This document shows, one piece after another, positions 22,821 through 37,150 of a stretch of DNA of 64,000 nucleotides. The notes under the pieces are model-generated. The model was given only the letters and a program-made list of their open reading frames with translations, had not been told where the DNA came from and searched no databases. Origin of the DNA: Sphagnum compactum (taxonomy: Eukaryota); the NCBI GenBank assembly GCA_965153455.1, contig OZ234493.1:24170213-24234212 (forward strand), in the 5' to 3' direction. A program made the translations under genes and the position numbers. Positions within the stretch are counted from its first letter, which is position 1; every line of letters starts with the position of its first letter.

Positions 22821-25171
22821 TGTGTTTTGATGCTACAACAAAGTCATCTACAATATGATCAATGCATTCATGGTGGGTCATTTGCTGTTGTGCCCCCCAC
22901 ATGTGTCTGATTTCATAGCTTCAAACAACATTATGTTGCTTCAACTATTGTTTGACAAAACATTTGTGCTACTAAATTCTTCTTTTGTCTAAATTCTTCT
23001 TCTTATTGGACACCACTAGCACTTGCAAAACCAATTTTAAACACACAAAAAATGCACACTCTAGTACACATTCTTGCAATATACATTCTTCTAACATTAG
23101 GTACCCAAGAAGACCTAATACACCTTTAGGAGAATTTCAAGATTCTTTGAATGATGTCATGCATGAAGAAAATTCACCAAACAAGGACTTTGATGCATTA
23201 CTAAAAATCTCAAACATTGGCCTCCTCCCAAGAAACATTCGAAAACACGTGTTTAAAGAAAAACTTTTATGGAAAAAAATGGCATGATGGAAAAAACCAA
23301 AAGAACACCAAAATGGTGGTGGTGTTAATTCAAAAGTCAATTGATAAGAATGACCATCATACCAATTTGGAAGTTGAAAAGCAATGTCAAAAAGGACAAG
23401 AAAAGCTTCAAAATGAACAAACTAAATACTTCCAATTAAAAGCCATTAAAACAACTCATTTTCAACTATTATGTAACTCCATTATAACTACACCCATGAT
23501 GTCATATTTTGATGTCATTAATTTTCATTCATCTATTGAATTTTAACACATGGCACTATGAAAAATTTTGGACATAAAAATAATTTTCTTTTCAAAATAT
23601 TGATCTGAATTGTCCATTATGATTATTAATGATGGTCTAAGATTGTGACATGTGACACAATAAAAAAAATTCACATGGCATAATAATTGTATTTTGGAAA
23701 ATAAATAAAAATTTAGTAGCTAGGTAGGTCATACATAACCATAGGTAGGTAGGTTGGTAGGTCTTAAGACCTACATACCTATATATTTACTCAGACCTAC
23801 CTACCTATTTACATAAGTAGGTAGAAAATAAGACATTTATTTACCTAAGTAAATAAGTAAAAAAACACAAAATTAAGTGAATTAAAAAATGGGTTTAACT
23901 GTTTAAAGGCAAAACATAAAACTTGAAAAACAAATAAACCCATGAATTCGTTTTTTAAATTTTATGTTCTACCTTTAAATTAAGCTTTTTTGAACTCATC
24001 CCAAAATGACACATGTATTTTAATGTGTGAATATAAGAAAACAAGTCTTCTTTATATAGTTTGTAACATGGGATTTGAAGACAAAGCACATGGGTTAAAT
24101 CTTTTAGTTGTTCCTTAGTTGCAAATTATTCAGTTACAACTATAACACTCAAACGCTCACGACAGGCCCAATCCAAGGAAAAGGTTCTATTGTTTATGGT
24201 GTCTAGATAAAACTTTAACCCTTCCTATTGGTGCATTTAGGGCATTAAAAATTGTCAAAAACAAAATAGAAATGAAAAAGTTATGGCCCCCCAAAGTAGA
24301 GGAGGTTAAGAATTCAAAAAAACAAACCAACAAATGCTATATATGCTGGATTTCAAACACCCAAAAAATTCCTTATATGTTATTATGTTGTTATTAAAGT
24401 TCAAAGATGATTTGTAGAACTTCAAATGGTGTTCCTCTAACACTTTAAATCGTTTTAAATGAATAAGAAATGAGAAGCACATATGATGAAGATATAAATA
24501 ACTGATGAATATGTATCCTTATTAAGTTATATATAATCATAACATAGTTAAATAGTAGTATTTTAATAGTGGCACACTAGTGGCCATACTAATTGTATCA
24601 ATGGGAATCATAATTGAAATTTAATTACAAAAGTATCCCATAATGAGTGGTGGAAATGTGGACACATTGCATGAGTGCATGTATGTACATTGTACATTAG
24701 TTGCAACATAATTGTTGCTTTAATGGCACATTCACAACAATTCTAAAATAATTGTCATATTTAACTACACTGCAATTCTTGAAAAGTCAAACATGGTTGA
24801 CTATATATGTATGTACAATGTGTATAAATTACCATATAGAAGACCCATTTTCAACTCACTTGCAATTATAATATAAGTAACAATTTTTTTTCAGTGGCAA
24901 TTTATTTATTATTAATACACCACATTTCTAGGGGGATAGTTGCACAATAGTTGTATATGAGTTATTTTTTGAGGTTTAGTAATAGGGTAATGTGGTTTCA
25001 ATAGACGTGATTTCTCATAATGTTTGGATTGTGCAAATTCACAACTTTAAAACACAAATGTTGTAAACTGAACGTCAACAAAGGAAACAAGAATGAGATA
25101 AATGATAAGAGGATACAAAAAAATTCAATATCAAAATTGCCCAAAGGAGGAGTCGTTATCCTCCATTCCAT

Positions 25172-25402
25172 TCATGGTCTCGCTTTTTCAATAATGCCCG
25201 TATTTTTTATTCCTTTTTGCACCCACCACAAGGGATGCATCTCTCGCCCATAACCTTCAAACAAACATTTAATAAATGTAAAAAAATGATTTAACGCACA
25301 CCATGAGTGATATGCATGTTTGCAAGACATAATTTTAACATCCCAAATAGGTTCAAACCACCTAGATGATAAATTGGGCATGGAAAAACCCATAAAAGGC
25401 AA
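25172..25402 (-). pseudogene. RING-H2-like zinc finger relic
   Basis: With one frameshift: FPCPIY(C)HLG-FEPIWDVKIMSCKHAYHSWCALNHFFTFIKCLFEGY(C)GREMHPLWW. The C-x-H-x2-H-x2-C core is intact. Confidence 0.55.
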
Positions 25403-28400
25403 AGGTAACCAATATCATCTTCACCTTCCAAACCTTAAAAAAACAATGATGATGGGGCGAAAGTTGGGCGTTGCACAACAACACATTATGGGTTTTTTAA
25501 CTTGTCAAAAAAACGACTATTATCTTTTTCAACTACAATCATAACTACTTAGTCACAAAAATCATTATGTAGTTACAAAGGCCATTGAAATGTCATGTGA
25601 TGTCATGGTTTTGTGACTATAGTTAGTATGACAACTAGTGAGTTTGTTTGGATAAATAAATTATTATTTTTAAAAATGTAATCACATGCATTAAATAAAA
25701 TTTAATTAATTAATTAAAATTATCTTGACTTTTGTGTTTAGAATAATGACTTATAATTTCACAACATGATGATGTGGCATTCTAACAACACCAAAACATG
25801 TCTTTTACAACTTGTCCTGTTTTATTACAATGGGAAAAATGACTACAAAATGGCATAAACAACTTTTTAAATGATTAGAAAAATGATTATAGTTGAATAG
25901 GATTAGTCATAAAAGACATGTTTTGGCATTGTAACTTGGTAATGAAATACTTGACTATTAATCAACATGATGATTCATACATTACTTTGGATAAAATCAG
26001 GCATTTATTGGTTAGTCACTATGTTAAAAAGGATGTCCAATCTTTCAATGTAATTTTTTGCAGTAAGATGTAAGTCCTAAAACTTTACCTTCACTACAAA
26101 AAATCTTGTCTTAATTTGAACTAAACACAAAATTATTTTTTCATCTACATTTATAACTACTTAGTCATAACAATCACTAAGTAATATCATAAGACATCAA
26201 CATAGCATCATGGTTTTGTAACTATAGTCAATATGACAACTTGAACTGGTTTTTTTAGTAAATTATCATATTATTTCTCAATTTTTGTTCATTAGTTAAT
26301 TGCAAGAACCATCCACCTTTGTGACTAATAACGACTCAATCTCCCACGATAATGGCATGGCATGTTATATGCCAACAAAAGATGTGGTCCTATTTGTCAA
26401 CATTATGATTCATGTCATTGATTTGATGAATTAATCTCATTTATTAGCTAGTTGAAAATAGTTTTGTCCTTTACAATTAATAACGACTTGGTCTTCAATG
26501 TGATGATCACATGCCATGCCATTTGGCAATAAGGTGTCACAAATCTTCATGGCAATCCATGATTTTCTGTGACACCATAATTTTTCGTGTTTTTTGAATT
26601 TATGGCACCAATATTTGTCATGGCATGCCATAATTTTTTGTGTGCCATGAGGTTTTTGAAGTCATGAATTCACATGCATGTATGTGTTTTAAACAATTTA
26701 TTGTTAACTTGTAATTATGATTACAATATTAATAGTCATTTTGAAAAAGGTGACACATAACTCCTTGAATTTTTAACTACTTAACACACTGGCTTAGGTT
26801 AACATACCTATGAAATTAACCTATGTATGTAGGCTACCCAGTAAAAACCTACTTTGTAATATAGGCGACTTTGTAAGTTACTTAACTAGACATAAAAAAT
26901 TTAATACATGTAGTATGTTTAAATATATTTATAATAGGTTATCCTACTAATACGTTAACTTAGGTAAGTTTGCCTAGGTTCCTAGCTTTAGGTTTTTTAC
27001 CAAGTCAACCTAAGTAGCCTCATTACAAGATATTTTATCAAGTTTATAACCACTTCAAGTTTGTGCAACTAGATGCAACATGATTACCCTGGGTTAATTT
27101 TTTTTTAGCTTAAAAATGCGTAAGTTAACCTAGGCTAGGTTATTAAATAGTATAGGTTGACAAATTAGTTCATCTTCAATCAACCTAAGGAGGTATAGGT
27201 CTAGGCTAGGTTGGTAGGTAGTAGGTAGGTTGACCTATGTCAACCTAAGGTGGCCAAGGTTAATTCAAGGCTAAAAATTTTGAGCTTTATAACTTTGTGT
27301 TAAATATAACTTAAAAATAAATGTGGTAATGCAATGGATGAGGACTTGAACCCAAAGTGACGTTGAGGGGTTCAAATCCTCACTCTTGCAACCTATGATA
27401 CCTAGTTACTTAGTCTAGGTTTCTTGAGTTTGGAGTTTGATGTTTATTTTTAATCTAGGCCACCTAGCCCAGGTTGCCTAACATTGGTAGCTAGCCTAAC
27501 TATGTTAAGTTAGATTGACTTTTGGTTAAGTGAATTAGGCTACGTTGCCTAGCCTAGTTAGGTTAGGCTAGGTTAACCTTTGGTTATGCTAGTTACATGG
27601 GCTAAACTAGGTTGACTTTTGATCATGTGCAATGACTCATAATGTGTTTATAGATTTTTGACACATGTCATCCATCCATCAAGGTTTTTTTTTGTAACTT
27701 TTAGTTGAATAAAATAACTAAGTTGAGATGGCATGCACTTTACATGTCATATTAAGGTTACGATAACATGGAATTTCATTATTTTAAGAAAATTTAAAAA
27801 TCTTAATCTTTAAAATGACTAGATTTTAAAATTATATGTCCCTTGCGACTAAATGGATAAAACGACATGAGTTTAACAATTCATTTAATCATTAATCACA
27901 TGTCTTTCCTAATCAATATGTAGTTCTAAAGGTTAATCATAAAACCCAAAATGTGTTATTGTGTTGATTCCCACTTAGTGTCGATTAAACTTGAACATTA
28001 AGTGTAAACCCAAGTTGTTTCATACCATCAAGCTTCAAGAGTGCAGAATGCCATGCCTCTTCAAGTGAAACATGTTTCTCACGCAACCTCATGTGTTCTT
28101 TATCTCCTATTTGGGATAGATCTCTAAAACTATCAACCAAACACAATTGGATATCAACTTTTCTTTGCAAAAGCTCTTCCTCGATCAACAAAAGTTGCCT
28201 ATATTGCTTCATTTGCACTATTCTGATAACACAAATCCTCAACCTTCTTAACCAACGCACTAAGTTCTTCAAACAACTAAATCAACTTTGCCTCTCCAAA
28301 TGAAATAAGCATGCGGCGATACTTAGTTTGACCTTCGACCTTCTTGAATTCCTTTTAGGCCTCTTCTTGCACCTTTTGCAATGAGAAAACAACTTTGTTT

Positions 28401-31400
28401 AAAGCTGGATAGTCCTTCTACAAATTAGAAATGAATTCTTTCCAATGTTTAATGTTTTAGACCACGAACTCTTTAAGAACAGGCGCTTGTTGTTTGTTCG
28501 ATGTTTTAGGCATGTTAAAGGAATATGGCATAAGACCCTCCTCCTCTTCCTCCCTATGTAAACCCACAAAACTATCTAAATCTAGCCCAAACCCAAGTTT
28601 GTTGAATAAAGCCATTTCCAAAGATTATAGCCTATGAAGCTAGTTGCATATGGTCCATTCAACCAACACACACTAGTTCACCTTCTTGCCTATCTTGATT
28701 TCGTAGGCAATCACGTAGGCTTCAGCCTTGTTAGTCATTCGAATGTTCGGTACCTAGGTTCTTCGGTGCATGATCATCCATAAGGTCTCTACCTTGGAGA
28801 TCAAAGCTTCTCTTCATAGTGACAATACCTATAGCCATTATGACTACAAGGTCCAAATAGGGTTACCACCTCCTCTTCTTCTGTTATTTCCCTATCTTTA
28901 ATCTTTTCGATGTTATCCCTTCATTGTAAATGCCATGTTTTTCCCAAAAACTTCTTTGAGATAGCTCAATCTTCTTGTCAAAAATAATGTCAAGCTTTGT
29001 TCCATGCAGAGGGTCAACATATCATGTTGGGCCGGCTCTTTTTATTTTCACCTTTGTTGTGGTTTTTTCGCCTATGCCTACACTAGTATCTACTATTAAC
29101 GACATAGGAGATCTTGAATATAGTATTCAAGTTTTAGAAAAGTGTTAAAACATTGACTTGATATAATCAAGTGATTTTTGCCCTAGTGAAAGCTCTACCA
29201 CAACACATGTGCATCAATTAAGCAATGTAGTACATGATGAGCAGGAAGGCACCAAGGATCTTCTCTAGGTGCATCTAACCCAAAGTTGGTGGACGAGTAC
29301 AATCAAATAAGCCAAAAGACCTCACACCAAAGTTTTAAAATGTTCCCCGCACAAAACATGTACATCCTTCTCCCTACATAGACCATGTACCTGCTCCTAC
29401 ATAGACGCCATACCCCCTACCTAGGAACCCATGACATCACATTAACCAATTAAAGTAATTTATTTGACCATTTAATCATTGTTGAAAACCAAAGTTTTGA
29501 CCTATATGGACTTCCTAAATTGTCCAAAAATGAGTTGTTTGATTGTGCATTCACCATGGGGTGTGATTTTAAGGTGTAGAAAAATAGCCACACATTGTGT
29601 CACTTAGGATGCACTTAACTACAAGAATAACATGAGGCAACAAGCTAGTTACATGGCCCCACAAGGGATACACCTAACCTTTAGGCTCAGTACCATTCAT
29701 ACCAACCATATACACCAAATGATCAGTATGAACCATACCCATCCAATTCAAACCGAAATATATGTATTGGCAATGACAAACGAGTTGAGCCCTTTATCCT
29801 TCGCCAAGGGGCAAAAGGTATGACGAACAATACTATCCAACAAGCTAGAGGGGATACAATTCTTTTCACTCAAGGAGACAACATTCTCCTCCTTGCTCAA
29901 GGGTGTATTCCCCTCCTCAATAAAGGGAATTCCTTCCAAGGCCAGCAGTTATGGAAGATAAAGATGCCCTATGAATAGGGCTCAAGTTAGAGAAAGGGAT
30001 TGCCAGATTATTAATTGTTGAATTGAAAACGTTGCACAACAATGTAGTACGTAGGCAAAACAAAGCCCTTGCAAAATAAAAAGAAAAAAATCAAGGCAAT
30101 GTTTTGTCTAGGCAAATTGTACCTAAACCGACAATTATGGTAGATTCCAAAGGGATTCCAATAGTCCCAAGTTGGATCTAATGGATTTTGGCATTAAAAA
30201 CCTACTTCTTTTGTTTGTTAGATGTGTGACTAAACCTATAGATTGTTAGTTGCTAGAAAAGTTGACTAATGTGAAAGAAAAGTTGGAAAACAATTTGATT
30301 ATAATTAACCAAGTATGAACTTTGAGCACATGTCAAATGACAGCTGGTAGAATCTTGAAAACAACGGGTAGAGTGGCTTAAGATTTATAATGCAGGTATG
30401 AAGGTTCATGATGAACATTTGCCAAGTTTTTACAAATTTAGACACCCTACTAGTTGATCCAATTATTGTGTGTTGATATATTAGTAATGAGAATTAACCT
30501 TCTAACGTACAATCGTCATTAAGGTGAATTGGGCTTAACTTGTGGGTAGGTGGTCCAAGGCCTAACAAGTGCACAAAGGAAAAATGGGAGGTACTAATTA
30601 AGTATTAGATTGAACTAGGCTTTGCTACAAAGCAAGGGCATTTGTTTAATGCCCATGCACAAGTGCAAAATGTAAGCAAATCTAGTTGTGGTGGACTAAT
30701 GCAGCAAACTACACACTATGTTAATGCCCTTTGAACTTGACTTAATCTTTGTAAATATTGGCATGTTTTGTTGGCATATAAGAGGGCATCATGGTTTACT
30801 AATGCATTTATAAGTTTCAAATTATTTTAAACTTGTATGGGCTTTTGAAGATCAGATGCAAATCCTTGGATGACAACCAACATTATATGAAATTCATAGT
30901 GCATGCACTGCAAATCTTCACCTTGCAAAGAACAACATTTCAGTGGTAAGAGCTTTAATGATTATATGTTGAAGTCATTTTTTCAAACTTGGCATTGTCA
31001 AGTTGTTGGCACACGTCTTCAATTAGTCCATTAAGGCATAAAGGACTAATAAGAGTATATCCTACACACACCATTGTAGGTCATTTGATGGTGTTAATAT
31101 AAGATTGATATTTTTTAGGTCAATATAATATGAAGATGATTGGGTTTGTCCCATCTCTATTTAGGTTATTTGGTTTAATCAATTTACTTTTATAAATAAG
31201 GGGAGATTGAATTAGTAGTTACATTAATACCAAATGGTCTAAGCATGGAAATTTTATTGACGTTACAAAAGATTTTGGGGTTATATCACCATGGTACCAA
31301 ATATGTATTCCAATTCCCCCAAAGGCAATAAATAATCTTACACAATTTTACTATTGTAAGTTTAACATTGGATTTCCTATTGAATGCAGGATACTAAAAA

Positions 31401-33139
31401 GGCATGTTGGTAGAACTTGCTAGTAAGGTGGAAGCATTAGTTACCCGGGAAGCAAGGATAGATCAAAAGGTAGATGAAGCTACAACATCCACTGTGAAGA
31501 TGAAGGCATGCTTGAACATGATGCTATTAATGTAGAAGGCACTAGCTAAATAGTTCAGTGTGTTGTTACCTATAGAAGGGAATTTGTTCTCCAATGAATC
31601 AATGCACAAGAGTGAAATGCAATAAGGCAACAATTGACAGCCAAACTTGGAGGTGTATGCCAAAATACAAGTTGTGGTGGTGATCTAGACGATGTGGTCT
31701 AAAATTGTGATATTATGGTAACATCCACAACATGCATTAGATAAGATTATATATGATAACATCCACAACAACATTAATGCACTTGGCTCATTGGACAATG
31801 CATGATGCTTTCATTGTTAGGAGACACACCTCAAAATTTGAAGGTAGAGGTCTTAATTATAGTCCTTCTAGACCATTATACAAGTGGCCATTGAGGTTGT
31901 GCTTTGTCAATTTGACATGTTTTGAACTTTCAGTTAGTAGGTGCATGTATAGAGCTAAAAAACCAACCTACAAGAATCAAAGGCGACAATTGTTACACCA
32001 ATCTTTTGGAAGTAGTTTGAAATTTAGTTATGTTCAATTTATATGATGTCTATTGTGTGATTGTTGCAGTACCTAGATTCAACGTCAATAATTTTGTGTA
32101 GCTTAATGGTACGTTTTTAGGCTTACACACTTAATAGAATTGCAAACGTGACTGCTAGTTTTGGTGAATGAATGTAAAAATATTTTTCCAAAAACTAGGT
32201 GATGATGTATTTTGGAAGTAAGGGTGGACATTCAAGCAATAACACTATACAAGTGTCATTGGCACCTTGGATCATCAAATTGATACTAATGCTAGTGCCG
32301 ACCATAAGAGTAAATGCTTATTTCAACTATGTCAAACCAACCCATCTTAGGTCACATACTTTCATCTTTTCTATAATATAGATGTAGTTTGAATTTGGTT
32401 ATACTTGGTCAATATTCCATGATACAAATATTATAATCCTTTAAGCCTTAATATGGTATTCCTTAAGCAACTTTAAACTAACATGTTTGACATTGATCCA
32501 CGTGTAGCTTTGCTTGGGCATGCAAGTTACACTTGTAGACCCCATAAACAAGTGTAAAGCTACAACAAGCCAAATCATCAGGCTTCCGGGTTCCACAATT
32601 GACAAGAATACCAGACCTATAAAATATGCGGTATGATAATAAAAGAGATCTTTACACCTTAAGCCATTTAACCTTTTGTCCATTAGATGACAGATCGTAG
32701 TGCATCACAACTAAAAGCAAAACCTGGGACTATTGTCTTTTGGTTTTATATGTTCATCATATTTGTATGCATCATGCATAAGGTACTAATTAGGTACTTT
32801 AAAGCTTGGAATGTTGGGTTGAGCATGATTAAACATAATAAGTCTTGGGTCTATAATCTATTATTTAGATGTAAAAGAGGAGAAAAGATCCGAATGCTTC
32901 TAGCTCTCAAACAATATGTGAAAGTTTCCCATGCACAAGGTAAGTATGATGCAACCTTTTAAACCATGCAATGGCAATTGTACAAGTTTTTCATGCATTA
33001 ATCTAGGAATTTTGGAAAGATTATGACATTCTTATTTGGCAAGTTTCATACTTTTCAGTCATGTTGAATTTAATAGGTTTAAATCAAGAGTTCTTGTCTA
33101 CCATTCAATGGGTGAGACTACCAAAAATGTAATATTTTA

Positions 33140-33490
33140 TCTCAACCCAAATCTTAAAACCTAGGCAAAAGTCCTAAACCACAAACCCTAACCTTAGTTT
33201 TTAAACCTTAATTTTAAAATTTTAATTCTAAACCCTAATTCAAAAACCCTAAACTTAAACCCTAACTTGAAACCTTAAATCTAAAACCTTAGTTTTCAAA
33301 CCCTAATTTCAAAACCTTAATTTTTGAAACCCTAAATCTAAACCCTAATGTCAAAACCCCAATTTCAAAACTTTAATTTTGAAAATCTAATGTCTAAACC
33401 TTAAATTTAACCCTATTTTTCTAAACCCTAAATTCTAATTAATTGATTGACACGTGTTAATCTAGGTCACCTAAACCCTAATCCTTAATC
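33140..33490. repeat. degenerate telomere-like (AAACCCT) array
   Basis: Many AAACCCTAA / AAACCTTAA variants separated by short AT spacers. Confidence 0.75.
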
Positions 33491-33719
33491 CACATTGAAT
33501 ATTTTCCAAATTACACATGTGAGATTGATTGATTCACATGTTTTGTATATTCAAATATCTATGTTGATGTATTAAATTTAATTTATCACCAAATTTGATT
33601 TAAACATGTGGCATTTGTTTATTGGCAAGTTGATGCCACTTGTTCTCACTTAATTGGCCAATATAGTTTCCATCCATTGGAAAACCCATGCGGGATATTA
33701 TGAATATCTAAGCCTTACA

Positions 33720-36100
33720 AGAAACCTTTTAGCTATCCTAAATATAAGAAAGACTCTGATCTAGATGCTCATGTACGAGTATTCAAAGCCACTATCAAAG
33801 CTAATTATGAAATGATAGATGAGGAAATAACAAATCTATTCAATTTTACATTGAAAGACAATGGATCAAATTGGTGCAATAACTATATGCGAAATCATCC
33901 AAATTGTAAATTTGTAGATTTAGAATAGGTTTCTTGTAGACAATATTGGATTTTGGGAATAGAAGATAATCCACAATCAATTAACGTGAATGCCCAATTG
34001 GTTGAGGAAAACATGAGTTCTTTGATAAAGTTGTTGATTGAGTACAAGGACATCTTTGCATGGACATATAACGACCTAAAGGTCATACTTCCAAAATTTG
34101 CACAACGCCATATTGAGTTCGGCACATCAATTCCACCAACACATTAGGCCATGTACAAAATGAATCAAAATTATGTTGCGGCTATTAAATTAGACATAGA
34201 TAAACTATTGGAAGCTAAATTAATATAACATGTAGAAAAAGCTATTTGGCTGTCACCAATAGTGGTGACTCCTTAAAATAATGGAAAACTTAGATCCTAT
34301 GTAAATTTCAAAAAACTAAATGTAGCCACAAAGAAAGATCCATACCCATTCCCTTTTTCTAAAAGATGTTCTAAACGTTGTTGCAAGGCATGATGTTATT
34401 CCTTTTTAAATGGATACTTTAGATATCACCAAATATTTATAACACCAGAGGACATATACAAGATAACCTTTGTAATAGAGATACTCTCGATATCACCAAA
34501 TATTTATAGCACTAGAGGACATATACAAGATAACCTTTGTAATAAGGAGCTTTTACTTGGGTAGTGATGCCATTTGGAGTGAAAAATGGACCTCCTACTT
34601 ACCAAAGGGTAGTAAGTAAAGCCTCCAAAGATTATTTGGACAAATTCATGAAGATTTTTCTAGATGATTTCATTATTTATAATGACATGGATACTCATCT
34701 AGATAAGCTTAAACTATGCTTCCAAAATTGCAAAGAATTTGAGATTAATTTGAACCTAGTAAATGTGCCTTGAAAACTTTATAGTATTTTCAAGGATGAT
34801 ACTAGGGTTTATAGTATCCAAGGTAAACTAGTAGTTTGTAAGAAAATCTAAGCCATAGTTTAGATGTTTGTACCCACAAATCCATAGCAAATTTAGGTAT
34901 TCAACTGAGTGGCTTGGTTCTATAAATGTTTCATCAAGAATTCTACATTCATAATGGCCTCAATTACTAAACTCATGAAAAAGATAGAATAATTTCTATG
35001 GACCCCCAAGTGTTAGGTAATTTAGGAGTTGATAAAGCAAAAATATATAAAAACACCTATTCTCATATCTCCAAATGGGGATATAGAGTTTCATGTTCAT
35101 ACAGATGCATCATTATTAGTTGTTAGTAACATAGAATCTAACAGGGAAGCATGATAAGCCTATTGTTTACGCTTTTAGACTTTTAAATAGAGTATAGAGA
35201 AATTACAATACCATAGTACAAGAAGCTTTAACAATGGTATTCACATTTCATACGTTCACACATTACTTACTAAATAATAAGTTTGTGTCCTATGTTGATC
35301 ATATGGCTTTGGTATATTTAGTGAACAAACCACATGTTTTAGGTTGTATTACTAGATGGTTACTTTTATTTTTGGAGTATGAATTCACAACTAGGACATA
35401 TACATGTAGTGGCAAATGCGTTATCTAGGTTACCATACATAATAAAATTGATAGGAATACCTAATCAAACCATAGATGTAACTTTGTTCAATTATAGTTG
35501 ATTTGGTTGGAAGAGGCCAAGGATTATTTATAGACATGACAAATGCCTAAAATCCTAACCAACACTTTAAAATAAAGGCTAGCAAAAAAATTAGAAACTT
35601 TTACGATACAAGATGAAATTATATACCCAAATGGATTAGGACAATAGATTTCAACGCTACATGTATAAAAGATCTTGCGGCAATTCCATGAGGGTTTTGT
35701 AAGTGGCCATTTGCAACAAACATCGTTGCAAAGATCTTAGATGTAGGATATTAGTGGCCCACACTATTTAATCACACTACAAAATATTGTAGATCTTGTG
35801 ACAGCTACCAATGAGTTGGAGGTTCAACAACACAAAATTTGGCTAAGTTAGTCACTACTTTCCTAGGATAACCATTTATGAAATGAGGATTGGATTTCAT
35901 TGGACCAATCAAACTAACGTGATGGTTCACATGTAATAAATATATTATTGTAATCATAGATTATGCTACCAAATGGGTGGAGGCCAGGGTGCTTTAAATG
36001 AATACTATGGCTCGACCACAACAAAAAAATTTGTGAATATATTTTGACTCACCTTAGTGACAAATCAAGGAGTTCATTTTATTAATGATGTTCTTAAGTA
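33720..36100 (+). mobile_element. heavily decayed Ty3/Gypsy (non-chromovirus, Athila/Tat-like) gag-pol remnant
   Basis: gag YPKYKKDSDLDAHVRVFKATIKAN...FNFTLKD; DIFAWTYNDLK; MPFGVKNGPPTYQR...IFLDDF; FHVHTDAS; YVDHMALVYL...RWLLLFLEY; PFMK*GLDFIGPI; IDYATKWVEA; TNQGVHF. The protease region is deleted (~33950) and there are many stops. Confidence 0.88.
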
Positions 36101-36104
36101 TTTG

Positions 36105-37150
36105 CACTAAAAGAAAATTGGAAAAAAATAATTACCATTTGCAACTATATTCTAGTTGCAAAAGACATTTGTTTTAAAAAATTGCCTAGATGCATTAAAC
36201 AAGTTGCATAAGACACTCATTGCAAGTGTGGATGAAGTCAACAATCACCAAAATACTTCACCATCCGTGTACTATTGTAGGCATCATTATATTACCATAA
36301 AAATCAACAACTTACATAATGACATGTGACAAATGAAAAAGGTTTGTATTTTCTTTGTTTTACAAATAGATGGTGGATTTTCATCGTCTATTTTTAATGG
36401 TTTTAGATTATGACACATGGCATAATACCAATATTTTGGTAAAAATAAATTGAAATCAATATTTAGGTGGGTAGGTAGGACTAGGTGGTAGGTAAGTAGG
36501 TAGGTAGGTAAATATTTCAAAAAAAATTTAGGTTTAATCTTTAAGGTTAAATTCTTTGAAGGGTTAAGCTCCTTTGATTAGCTCATCTCAATTGACAAGT
36601 TTTTTTAATGTGAAAGTGCAAGACAAAACCTTTTCATTATACAGTTTTCAAAATGGAAATGGACGATAAAACATATGGGATAAAAATTGTAACTAAAAAA
36701 TTTATTTTGTATCTTTTGTTTTCCTTTTTAATTTTGTAAATTATATAACTAAGTAGATAGTTACTAATTAACGATTTAATAAGCTAAATAATTATTAATT
36801 AATGATATATAATAATAAATTAACTAATTCATTTAATTATAAATTATTAATTCATAATTCATGTGTAGAAAAATAAATGACTGAAATAATAATAAATTAA
36901 CCAAAATTATTATTTATAATGTTTTAATTAATGTTTTTTAAACTAAAAAAAGAATATTAACCAATTAATAATTGGTATTTAAATAATAAATAACAAACTA
37001 ACTTATTAGCTATAAATTATTAAATAATATTTCATAATTTAGATATATAATATAAACTAAATATGGGATAAATATCAATTAATGAACTTATTAATTATAA
37101 TTTTTTCATTAATAATTTAAATAATCGAATAAATATATAATAATAATTAA
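36105..37150. mobile_element. CACTA-like non-autonomous element (left end), same family as 58014-59830
   Basis: Starts CACTAAAAGAAAATT exactly where the Gypsy integrase stops. Shares GTTGCATAAGACA, (GGTA)n, ATATGGGATAAAAA and an extreme AT tract with the 58-59 kb element. Right end not found. Confidence 0.5.

Noticed and set aside
30400-33000. Possible transposase fragments
   Set aside because: Too decayed for me to assign any motif by eye.
34422-34544. ~55-bp duplication inside the second Gypsy RT
   Set aside because: An ordinary post-insertion lesion in a dead element.
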